64,000 nt of DNA from Neoechinorhynchus agilis (Eukaryota; Animalia; Acanthocephala), in the NCBI GenBank assembly GCA_051530055.1, contig CM121342.1:8695480-8759479 (forward strand), given 5' to 3'. Numbering within the stretch: position 1 is the stretch's first letter; every line of letters begins with the position of its first letter. The notes beneath the pieces are model-generated. The model did no database searches. It worked only from the letters and a program-made list of their open reading frames with translations, and had not been told where the DNA came from. Shown in pieces: positions 40,801 through 53,012 of this stretch. A program made the translations under genes and the position numbers.

Positions 40801-43000
40801 CCACTTCCTCCATCACCGATAATCGTAAGATCTTTTTTGGGTAAAGCATTTAAATCCTGAACAGGAAGGCGATTCATTATAGTATTTGCAATAAAATAAT
40901 AATAAACCTCAACTAAGCAACAAGCATAAATAACAGCCTTATACCGCCCAACATTCGGACTCGCAGTGAATATAATATTTTGACGAATTGTGCCGGGAAA
41001 CAGCCACGGAGTTTGTGTGCTGATGGCGACGCTTCCATGGATCTTTACACTACCGCTTACAGTTCGCAACTCGTTCAATATTCAGTAAAGCAGAGACGTT
41101 TTGCCTGATTTGGACGGTCCGATAATGTAAGTCAAAGTTCCCTTTTCAATTTTTAAAGAAATGTTACTTAGATTGATGAAAGAAGCCTACATAGAATAAA
41201 TTAAATGTTTAAAGGAATAAAGAATACAAAGCTAAATACCTCATTGCCCCACGATGAAGTTAAAGACGATAATTCTATGGCATAATGAGAATCATTATTA
41301 ACGCTTTCCGGTTGATGAATTATATGATCGCAATTAAGATCAACATCTTCGGCCAGTTTCTGAATAAAAATGTAAATCTTTTTTGATATGAATAAACAAA
41401 CCGTACCTGCAATCTCTCAATGGCGAGTTTCACTTCGGAAAAGCGAGTAAAGAATCGAATTACATCAGTTCCAAAATTAAGTCGCAAGATGGGAGATACT
41501 GCCATTAATTGAAACACCTTTACTCCGCTTGGCAGGAAACCGTGAGCTTTTAAACCTGTAACAATATACGTCAGTATCATAAATGAGTGAAGTACAATGG
41601 GAAGCATACAAGAATTTGCTTCCACAAGATTTTTCAGTGCACATAGATACGTCTCCTTCTTATTCAATCGGCACATAACTTTATAGATAACTGTATCCAA
41701 GCAGCACATTTTGAAGGTTTGAGCGAACCGGCAGTATATCGCGAGAGTGCAAAGTCTCGCATCTACTTGTTTGTTGATGTTTTTCCTGCAAAAGAATTTT
41801 AAATTTGTCTTATACGTCCATTGGCTAACCTAATTAGTCGCAGGCCAATCAAAAAGGCAGGTAAAAGTGCATAGGAAATTAGATAGATACACATTGTGAT
41901 CGCAGCGAACGTATCGATGTAAAAGTAGCAAAACGTAAATACCATAATAACTCTCAAAATGCCTCCAAGAAATCGCACACTGTATTGTGCGAAAGTATCA
42001 AACGAGTAACTATCCGTACTTATAAGACTGCTAAGATATCCCGATTAGATTCGATTGCATTGATGAAGAGAAAGCTTTAAGCACTAGAATGTGTAGCCAA
42101 GGAATTGCGCAATTTTATCATTCTGAAAATTTCTTACCTTTGCATAAACCAATCTCATGAAAGCCGCTCTTGCTTCGAAGCCAAGGCATAGTGATTCATG
42201 CAGCGACCAACAACTCGTAAGTGAACTTGCGTGAAATAATGAAATTTGAGATAGCAAGAAGATCCATGCACGATTGTCTGTGATTTCTCCTTTTAGATAT
42301 TGGAGGATTCGACCGAATATAGGGATCATCGCGAGAAGTGCGGCCTGTTTGAGGAGAAGTGAAACAAATAAATAGGGAAAACAAATATCCCAGTTTAAAA
42401 TAGTTGGTTCATCCTTACTCAACACTCCAGACTTTAATTTCGATTACGACACAAAAATTAAAGTTGAATTAAAGATAAACTCTACTTTTTGCTTATATTT
42501 TGCAACGGGTATGAGACATTTGTTCTTAAATGGAACGCGGAAGCTTCCATTGTATCGGATTGACAAATAACTATAAAAAAGGACTTTTTTGACATAAACC
42601 TAGTACACAACTGCGGTTCTATGCTACCAATAAAAGGGCTTATAAAACTATGAAAACCGAGTGATCAGAAATGATGATTTTACCAGTGGTCGAAAATGCT
42701 GAGCTTTTTTGACGATAGTTGATTTTTCCATCTCCTGTTGAAAATAAAAATTATTTGCACATAATATTTTTTTGATACCGTTCAATTTCCCTTCCAGCTC
42801 GAGATGCTTTTCTTTGCTCGGGTAATCCAGAGATGTCCGTTTCGTGAAGAGGTCTATGAATGCGAAAAAAGGTTGGTGCAACATACCTAAGAAATGTTTC
42901 AGTTTAAAGGTTATTTAAAAAATAGTAACAAACGAAAAATATAGTTTTGCAAAAAGATTTGTTCCAGATGCAATATTTGCTGAAGCTGATCATTGCGTTG
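37816..43000 (-). pseudogene. ABCC/MRP4-like ABC transporter, multi-exon, likely pseudogenised; 5' end uncertain
   Basis: NLFAKLYFS; NBD1 GPSKSGKT, LSGGQKARVSLARA, YLLDDP; NBD2 GSSGAGKS with degenerate signature and Walker B. Many GT-AG introns. In-frame TGA at 41082-41084 and an apparent frameshifting deletion near 38705-38722. Confidence 0.8.
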
Positions 43001-44211
43001 AAGCGCCGATATCGCTGTGAGCTTTGTCGACGAATGTCGCATAGCAATATATCCATCCTGAACTCAACATTGTTTGTCGGCAGGTTTAAGCAAAAGCAAA
43101 CTAATTTTGTTAAAAACATCTAACAAGTTCTTGATGCGATATGTTTACGATGAAGATGCAACACAGTTTAGAATGCGATATATATAGGTTTCCAAAAACC
43201 ATCAGAGTGTGCAACAGTTTTCTGCCAAAACTTTGAATGAAGATTTCAGGCCTCATAATCCCCAGGATGGGCCAAAAATTACTGTGGTTAGTTTGATCCC
43301 TCGAACCGATTTGATAGTGAAAGAAGTTTGGGTGTAAGTGGTGCTCTTTAGTTCTCGATGTTTAGTTTAATTTTAAAATGTCTGTGCGTAAGGAAAACTA
43401 TATAAAAATCTTCAAGGAAGCTCTGGGCCCTGCTGATGTAAGTTTTGTTGATGCTAAGTAAAAACACTATTTTCTCAAAATGTTTTGAGATTTAAAGATC
43501 TCCTTCCTTGGCTTTATCATAAAGGTAGCGTTCTCAGATGTTTCCATGTCAGTTTGTGGGTCAGGACAGGAATATTTCCACATTGGGTAACATTCCGTGA
43601 GTACCGCGAATCCATCTACGACTAAAACCTGATAATTTGTCAATAATATGCTTGATGGAGACCATCCAAATCGGACTGGAAGATGCCTCCAATGCTAAAG
43701 GACTTTTTATTGGAGCAATTAAGATTTAAGATCAACTGCCATTCCTAACATTATCAAATGTTCTTTGGGGTCTATTTCTTTTATTTTGAAAATCTGACCA
43801 CGTTTTATATATTGGAGTTCCTATATAAGAGATAAAGAGCACTTTATTGGTTTATGATGTGATTATTGCTCGACAAAGAGATCAATAAAATGCCAAAATT
43901 TTCAGCACGAGATATTCAAGATTGCTTTTGCATTCTTTTAAGTTATAAAAATCGATGTAGTTCGAATTACGGAAATAACAACAGAAACATGCTCAAGAAA
44001 TCTGCGACATATCTTTCCGATGTCTGGGCAGTCTGAAATCGAAAATCTACGCAACAATAATATATAAACTAATTAAGTATCAATGTGTGGCCTTTTATCA
44101 TGGCTGATAATTTTTCGGGCAAAAATTTAATATATAAACGTTCATTGAGAAAAAAAGGCGCAACGAATATTCAAAAAACTGTCTATCATAGCAATTAGTG
44201 TCGCGTTTTTT

Positions 44212-46314
44212 TTACTGTTTTCGATATATTGTTGTTTTACATGTTGGTTTCAATCGATCCAACATTGTTGGCAGCCTCCTTCCATACAGCATAACCGCCG
44301 GGGATTTGCCTGTTGTGCTGTGCGGCGTGTTTCTGTATGATAAGAGAAATTGTTGTACCCTCAACGATCGATCCTGCGGATGCGTTACTTTGATCGCTCT
44401 ATCTTTAAGTGTTCGTACAAATTTTTCAGCCAATCCATTTGACCGAGAGTGATAGGGTGTGATGCGGTTGTGCCGTATTCCGTTGGTTCTTAAAAACGAC
44501 TGGAATTGATTTGACGTGAATGGCGAACCATTATCAGAAACCAGCTCCTCTGGTATGTGCAATCGTGCAAAAACCTCCCTCATGCTCCTTATCACACATT
44601 CGGCCGTAGTGCGTTGCAGCATGATTACCTCTGCCCACTTTGTCAACGCACAGATCATGACTAAATATGATACTTCATCGCATGGACCAGCGAAATCCAC
44701 GTGAACTCGCGTCCACGGCTCACTCGGGATGTTGTAAGTGAACATTGGATGTTCGGGTTCTTTGGGCCCATTTTCTTGGCAATCAACACACCGACCAACG
44801 AACGTCTCTATATCCTGATTGATGTTCGGCCACCACACAAAATAACGGGCTAATGCCTTCATCGACGTAATACCTGGATGTCCGGCGTGTATGCACCCAA
44901 AGCATCTTGCTGGAGTGTTTTCGGGATTATGATTTTAGTATTCCACATCACGATTCCGTCTTCGGTTGCGAGCTCCGTGTATCGACTACTGTAAGCTTGT
45001 AGTGAGGCATGTGTCGTCGACAGCCAATTTTTTCTACAAATGACTTTACTTGATGTAGGACCGTGTCTTGAGCTGTTTCCACCTTTATCCTTTCTACGGT
45101 TAATTCCAAGAAATCTGCTCTTTCATCTTGTATGAGTTTGATTGAGCTATCGTTTACCTCATCAAGCACAGATTCATCCTCGGTTTCTTCACACGAGAGC
45201 CGCGAGAGTACATCCGCCATGTTATTCTCCTGTCCTTTTATATGTTCCAAGACGTATTTGTACTGTGAAAGTATCAATCCCCAACGCACTAATCGGTGGT
45301 TTACTACTTTTCGCAGATCTCTCTTATCGCCGAATACATAATTCAGTGGCTTATTGTCAGTTTTCAGCACAAATTCACGGCCGGCCAGAAACATGTTGAA
45401 TTGGGTGACTCCGAGCACCAGAGCGAGTGCTTCTCTATCGATTTGAGCATATTTTTGCTCCGCGGCTTTCAATGTTCTGGACGCATACGCTACTGGTCGA
45501 TACATTCCTTTGTGTGCTTCTTGTAGTAGAACAGCGCCGACTCCTCGCTCACAGCCATCACAAATAACCTGCAATTTACTCGTTGGCGTCAGCCAAAGCA
45601 TCGTTGATCTTTTTGATTTGGTTTGTCATCTCATCTGACCATGCCCATACACATTTCGAACTCGTCAGTTTATACAAACCTGCACACTTGGCTTGTATAT
45701 TTGGTAGGAACTTCTACAAAAAGTTTACCGATCCGAGAAATGCTCGGAGTTCTGCATTCGTTGGTGTTTTCATGTTTTGAATCGCTTTGATCCTCTCGTT
45801 ACTTGGTCGAATTGAAGTGTTATCCAAAATATAGCCCATAAACGACACTTCTTGTTGAAGAAAAATGCATTTATTTCCTCTTCTTCGCATTCCAGCTTTC
45901 TGCAACCTTTTTAAGACTTCTTCCAATCTGTTTAAATGACTCGTATCATTCTTGCCAGTGATTATTATATCATCTAGGTAAACAGCGACGCCATCAATAT
46001 CTGCAATCAGCTGTTCCATGTAGCGCTGGAACATTAACGGCGCTGCTGAAACCCCGGAATGGAAGCCGACAATATCGAAAATATCCGAGTGGTGTGGCGA
46101 TTGTCAACAGAGAACGTGGATTCGGTTCCACTATCATCTGTAAGTATGCCTCTTTTAAATCTAGTACTGAATATTTCTTTCCATCCGCTATTTTAAACAT
46201 TATTTCGTCGAAAGTTGGCATGCTATATACATCCAGTGGTAGATGCAGATTGATCGTCAAACGAAAATCACCGCATAATCGTAGACTTCCATCCCGTTTT
46301 CTTATTGTTACCAA
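44212..46314 (-). mobile_element. Degenerate Ty3/gypsy pol (RT-RNaseH-integrase)
   Basis: KRDGSLRLCGDFR, YLDDII, CDGCERGVGAVL, YAQIDREAL, WWPNINQDIE..C..C, WTRVHVDFAGP, SDNGSPF, SNGLAE. Frameshifted. Confidence 0.93.
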
Positions 46315-46319
46315 AGGTG

Positions 46320-48860
46320 TCGGATTCCAGGATCACTGTCAACAAATGCTTGAAGCAAGACAGTTATCACATGCCCACTTTCGATGACATAGTGCACAGA
46401 TTAGGAGGTGGCACGAAATACTCCACCATCGATTTGTCAGATGCCTACCTACAGTTAGAGGTTTGCATAAGACCACCGAAAGTTCTTAAACATAACGACA
46501 CCATGGGGATTGTGCAGTTACCGAAGGATGCCATTTGGCCTGAGCTGCACACCTCAGATATTCCGAAAATTTATTTACAATTTATTGGCAAACATCCCGA
46601 GTACCGGTGCATACCTGGACGATATAATTGTCACCGGAAAAGACGATGTCGAACATTTGGAGAATTTGAAGACAGTCTTCGAGCGATTGGAAAAAGCAGG
46701 TATAGGCGTCCGAAGGGGCAAATACAAATTCATGCAATCCCAGGTCCGATATTTGGGACACACGCTTCAAGATAACAAGATAAGACCACAAAAAGAGAAG
46801 GTGGAAACGATCACCGAAGCGCGTGTCCCGCGCAATAAAAAAGAATTAAAATCGTTCTTGGGCGTGGTTAACTACCTGGAAAGATTCATTCCCCGGTTAC
46901 AGAATCAATGCAGAGCCCTGTATGAGTTGCTGAGACAAGGAATTCCCTGGAAATGGAGCAGGCAGAAGAAAGACAGTTTCGAGCAAGTAAAGGATGCGGT
47001 GCGAAACCACAAGGTTTTGGTACCTTTGGAAATGAAAAGAAATATTGTGCTGACATGCGACGTGAGTGAAGACGGAATTTGAGCGGTATTCTTTCACTAA
47101 AGGGAAGACGGCGCCAAAGAACCGATCATGTTCGAGTCCCGAACATTGATTCCAGCGGAAAAGAAATATGCGACCATCGAGAAGGAAGCGTGCGGTGAAG
47201 AGGTGCCACCAGTTCCTATATGGCCATCGATTTATCTTGCAGACGGATCACAAGCCTCTGCAACACATCTTCGAAACAAACGAGACCTGTAAAGATGACG
47301 AAGAACCGACTTGTGCGCTGGGGATTTCTTGAACCAATACGATTTCGAAATCGAGTACGTTCAATTGGCCGAGAACAAATATGCCGATTTCCTGTCCAGA
47401 TTTCCAATGAATCCACCAAAGCATAGATACTCAGAAGAAGAGGAGATAATGCTGCGATTAGTACAGAAGGAGAAAGCTGAAGCTTGCGGAATGACCAAGC
47501 CAAGATTAAAATCGGAGTCGATGAAAGATCTTCAGCTGACATCGGGCGGCCTAAGACGGTACTTGAGATGGACAAGCCGTTCGCGGCAAGGGCAGACGAA
47601 CTGTCAATGGAAAATGATATTGAAAATGATCATTCCATTGAAACTGCGAAAAAGTGTAATGAATATTCTACACAATGGACACCCAGGGATCGAAGCGACG
47701 AAATCAACATGCCGGTTTTACGTATGGTGGCCAGGCATAGAGTAGGACATCCGACGCAAGGTAGCGAGTTGCGATCGTTTCTACCACCCATCAGAAGTCT
47801 GGGAACGCGTACATATCGACCAGGCGGGGCCAATAAACTCAAAGATGTTCTTAGTTTTGGCGGACGCCAGGAGCAAGTGGCCCAAGGTCTGGCATTACAA
47901 CACGTGCCAAATATCTGCTGAAATGGTAATTGACCGGATGAGAGAGGTGTTTGCCCGATTCGGAATGCCAAAGAAAATCGTTAGTGATAATGGACCACAA
48001 TTTATGGCACGCCAATTTACCGAGTTTTACGAAGAAAACGGCATCGAGGCGATTAAAGCGAGTCCTTATCACCCACAAACGAATGGGCTGGTGGAACGTT
48101 TTATTGGCACATTAAAAAGACGAGGAATGACGAGTGCATCAACGGATACCCGGAAAGTACTGAACGAATTCTTGCAAACATATAGAAACATCCCTCATGC
48201 AATCACAGGAAAGGCCCCCGCGGAAATACTGTTAGGAAGAACATTGAACACTGTGTCCGATAACCTCAGACTGGAGATCGAGGAAACTGTAAAGGACCAA
48301 TCAACTCGAAGGCAGATTCACAGACCTGTGGGGAATTATCGCGAATTCGAGAAAGGCAATCAGGTTTGATGGAAACAAGGAAGAGAAGGAGAATGGAGAT
48401 AGGGAATCGTAGAACGAAGATCAGGACCGGTATCGTACAAAATCGCAGACCAAAATGGAACTCAAAATAGGACTCATGGGAATTTTGTTAGACGAAGAGA
48501 CCATCACGAAGAAAATGAGCGAGCTTCAGAAAGGATCGAAATAAGACCGAAGAAGGGGATCAACGAAGGGCGGAAATCAAAGCAGAGGAAGGAAGGGAAT
48601 GGAATGATCCGAGGCAGGCTGATAGGGAAACAGCGGATGGACAGGATATGATTCAGGGACAAGCAATTCCGACCCTGAGAAGAAGTCAACGGCGTCGAAG
48701 ACCGCCCATTCTGCCCTACGATGAGTACCGGAAAACAAACTAAGAATGAATGGGGGAGGAAATGTGGCAAATCGATATGCGTGATTTGTGTTCGTTTTAA
48801 AAACATCAACGATCATGTCCACAGGGTGTAGACCTAAACAATAATTCCAATCACATTCCA
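46320..48860 (+). mobile_element. Second degenerate Ty3/gypsy pol (RT-RNaseH-integrase) with putative PPT (GGGGGAGGA ~48752) and 3' LTR start (TGTGG ~48763)
   Basis: IDLSDAYLQL, YLDDIIVTG, TCDVSEDG, LHNGHPGIEATK..VWWPGI, SDNGPQF, PYHPQTNGLVERF. Confidence 0.9.
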
Positions 48861-49287
48861 CGGTAGCTCACACAATGACATTTTGATTTATTTGAAACAA
48901 TGATTGATGAGGCGAGGTTACCTCGTGAAATATTTCAAACATGTCATGACCGGGAGTATTTTCATAAAAATTCTAGCTTTTGAATTTGTTTAATGCACCA
49001 GTTTTGTAGATCAAGATTCCTGTTTATGGCGGAAAATTTAAGGAATTTATTAAATCCGATATAGTCAAATAAGGCGGATTATAGGCTAAAAAACTCAAAA
49101 TTATGCCAACCTGACCTACCTTTAAACAACCTGAAAAAGTCCGACGATGCCTAAAAATTAACAGCCGTGTTACAATAGGCCACACATCGGTATAAGTTAC
49201 CGACTGACCAATCTTCATTAAAAAATGTGTTCATTGACTACTTCACAGAACCAATAAATTCGAAACAAATGATCCAACTTTTTTAGA

Positions 49288-49649
49288 CCCCTTTGATGTG
49301 CGTCATTGGCGGTAACGGATTCGAACCCGTTGGCTCTAAAACTGGAACCTGGGGCATTAGTCCACTTGACTGCCTCAGCGCACTTCGGAATGTACAAACT
49401 AAGCCACTTTATCCTGGATAAGCTTACTGTGTGTCCATTCGGCCGTGTATGGAGGAAAAATACCTATCAAAAGAGTACCGGCTGAGCCACATATAAAAAT
49501 TGTAAATTTTTTAAAGCTTATCCAGGATAAACTGGCGAAGTTTGCACATTCTGTAGTGTGCTGAGGTGGTCAAGTGGACTAATGCTCCGAGTCCCAGTTA
49601 AGGGTCAAGGGGTCGAATCCGTTACCACCGACGACGCACATCAAAAGGG
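49288..49649. mobile_element. Foldback element: two ~137-bp imperfect inverted arms (49288-49425, 49514-49649), each with a tRNA-derived head
   Basis: Arms are reverse complements. The plus arm has A-box-like GGTGGTCAAGTGG and B-box-like GGGTCGAATCC; each inner end has AAGCTTATCCAGGATAA. Confidence 0.8.
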
Positions 49650-51152
49650 ACGAAATACCTTGCTGGAGGGAGGAAACTCACTGATGAGTCCCTCCTCCTC
49701 GGGAGATATCGGAGAATCCGGAGAGATGTTTGCAAAGGAACAGAATTTTGATTTTTGTAACGTCTCATCACAAAGTTTTAGAGGTTTATGCCAAATTGTT
49801 ATGAGAAAGTCATCTCAAGAGCCTCTGAAATTAATGCCGTCTTCAAAATTTTGATTGCAGAGTTTTAATTGGTTCAATTCAGACATTTCATACATCAAGT
49901 ACTACCTATGAGCGTAGGTTGAGCTTCTGATGAGCATAAGATTTTGCTTATCGAAATGTAGTTTACAGGTTGACGTGAAAAATTGGCCAATAATAGGCAA
50001 AATTGAAGTTTCAAGTTAATTGTTCAAAGCGAAGATTAAATCGATTGACAGAATTTACCACTTCTTATTCTATGATTTCAATTGCTTACTTTAATGTTAC
50101 AGATTAGCAGTTATCATTAGGATTTTTCGTTCACGTATAAATATTTTGCCACGCTGCCTGCCAAAAATTAGAGGCAACATTTGTTGGCACCACGTGGATT
50201 AGTCTTTAGATCATTCCTAGAGAATGTCGGATCGTCTTCCTCGAACACCGATCAACATATGGCTGTTACGACTCGGATTTAGGCTTGGAAGCGCAATTTT
50301 TGTTTCGGATGAGCTTCATTTTGAACAATAGCGCCGTCTGTTATAAAAGTTTCCGCGTTTACTTTGCATTTATGGTCCTTTAAAAAGGATTTAAAAACCA
50401 CCCAAGTCCCAAGTCCTTGGAGAATTATTCTCAAATATCCTTTGGCTACCAAGTCATGAGTTGTTTTGCCATTAGTAAAACTATAAACGATTTGGATAGA
50501 GTCAAATTGCACGTTATTACTCTAAAAAGAAAGTTTTTATTACTGGTGGCTTCATTATATACTGTAAATTATTGAATAAAAAAAGAAGTTGTAATCACAG
50601 TAACACCGACAAAGCAATGGTGACAAATTGTTTACATTCAACAACGAATGAGATTTAAATTAGTTTTGAGTTAATCTCTTGGAATATCGTTTAAATTTTT
50701 TAATACAAATTGTTTATAGATTGATGTCAAATAAACCGAAAAGTCGTTCACACTCTATTATAAACGGGCTTTTTCTTAAGCGTACGAAAATGACTAACGA
50801 GTCGGTTGTGAGTAGAACATGCGTCTTCAATTTGAGCTAAAATCAAATAGCGGCTGTCATCGGGGTGGGTAATGCGGAAAAGCGAAAACCTGGAATCGCG
50901 CCTAGTATTCCGCAGGGTATTGCATCGTGACTATCCTTTCCCTGACACCTTTGTGACAGATTCGACGAGACAAACGCAGAATCAAAATATCGCAGGCACC
51001 GCTCCATGATTTGCGGTTCCGTATCCAAGAAGCAGGTATGCTCGTTTGTTCTCCTTATTTTTGTCATTGATCGACAAAACGAGTTGTCCGGAGCGTTCAT
51101 ATACAATTTCTCATTTCGTTATTCACTTGCAAATAGTGTTCCCCCTTAAGCA

Positions 51153-52266
51153 ATGATTAGACTCTCAACAATATTCATACAACTTATGCAATTCCTAATG
51201 TTGGCCGATTTGATCGAAAGCGAACAGATCGTTGATCGATGCTTGTACGCCAAGCATTCTAATGAGTTCCCCGAAGTAGATGAAGCGATGAAAGGAGCCG
51301 TACGTATAGGCCGTTTTTCTAGAAAAAAACTCCCATTTTCTCTTATTTAGTGCTCAGTTTACGGGCAAAGAACATGCTGTTCTAGATCGTATTCCGAAAG
51401 TTTGCAAAACGTAGAAAAAGCCTACTTTGAACTACATCAATTTAATTTAAGTCATTGTGGATCAATTAGAAATCCAAGGTGCCTCGAATGGTTCAGAAGA
51501 GACGCGTGCGCCTTCGGTTGTAATCCTTACTTCAATCTTTGGAGAGAAAAAGTGAGTGAGCAAAGTTTAGATATAAAAATCATGAGAAACTTAGAAGCAA
51601 AACGATTGGCGATCGGACAAAAAAGAGTCTTTCCTCAATGTACCTCTCTGCAAGTCAGATTGCGACCAATGGTACAATGAGTGTAAAAACGAATTAACTT
51701 GTGTGATGGAATGGATTAAAGGATTTAAGTGGATACGACCTTCAGGTGAGTAAAGAGGGCGAATTCGTTCCTGACGATCTTAAGCAATTTCAATGCATAG
51801 CGACTGTAAAGTCTTTTCTCGAGAGTGTCATCCGAAATTTAAAGCATTAGACGTAATTGGAAATTCGCTAAAAATACGACGTTTCCGCTAATCTTTCTAA
51901 ATTTTAACACGCGACCAGTAAGAAAATAAAGTATGCTCCATAATGATTTCGAAGCTCGATGCGGTCCTATCATTGCTTAGAAGCATTGAAAATTTAGATA
52001 TTTAAAAGCTTTTAATGTTCGAAAATGTCAATCCTAACTATAGACCGCCCATTGTAGATTCAGCTGATCGCACAAACAAGTGTCCTAGACTGGGCAAATG
52101 CGACACGTTTGGAAACGTTTATGGTTCATCTAAGATATTTTGTGAGCGACTTTGGAATGGAATGTATAAAGTTGAAAGCGACGAATATCTTCGTTGTTTT
52201 CACCTTCGCTACGAAGACAACGATTATCCTGCTCATGCATACGCAGTGTTTGTTAATTATTCTTAA
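51153..52266 (+). CDS. Folate-receptor family protein (FOLR/Juno/RFBP-like), 4 exons
   Basis: Signal peptide, RCLYAKH, TCCS, FNLSHCG, DACAFGCNP, NVPLCKSDCDQWYNEC, NKCP..C, FCERLW. GT-AG introns restore the frame. Confidence 0.85.
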
Positions 52267-53012
52267 ACCGCATCATTGAGTGATCCGAGCGAGAGGATGT
52301 AAAAGTCGGTGTGCGTGATTGTGGAAATCACACAATAAATAAAGGAGTGTGTTGATCCGTTTACTGGTCATTTAGGCGGCTCTATCCCGCCTTCTAACCT
52401 AGTCAAATTAAATGAGGCTAAGCAATCGTCCACCTTGAGAACTTAAATTCTCAATCACCCGAATCTTCTTGCCATGGAACGGACATGAATGGTATACACA
52501 TGTGGAAAGTTGATTAGTAGTCCGTGTTATCTTATAAATTACTTTATAGACGGACTATTACCTGAGAACTCAATGACCTCGGTTTTTCTGAATGACTGTC
52601 CACTTGCTTATCAAATCCGTTTGACGGACGTTAACTTGATTAATCACGTTCGGAGTACGATTTTGAGCGTCATTATTTAATACACATTGAGGAAATAGGA
52701 TTCTTAAAAAAAAGTTCACTACATATGCTCAAAAGCTAAATTTAGCTTTATTTGTTCACTTCCAAAAGCTTTATTTTCTCTTACAAGAAATCTTTCTCGC
52801 GCATTATGCTTAGTCTTTAGCCAATCAGAGTGATATGCACAGGCGCCTTCTCATGCACAATTTATCTCACTTCCGACGCCTTTCGTCGCTGTTATATGTC
52901 TGTGTGTGCTCGCAAGTTGACGAGAAGTTCTTACCCAAATCATTTAGTTTTGATATAGTTGCAACTCAATCTGGAACGAAGAAATATTCATAAGAACCTG
53001 CACTCTGTCTGT

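Noticed and set aside
50279-51106. Cys-containing minus-strand ORFs divergent from the folate-receptor-like gene
   Set aside because: Possibly exons of a real gene, but I could not identify a family or consistent splice sites.
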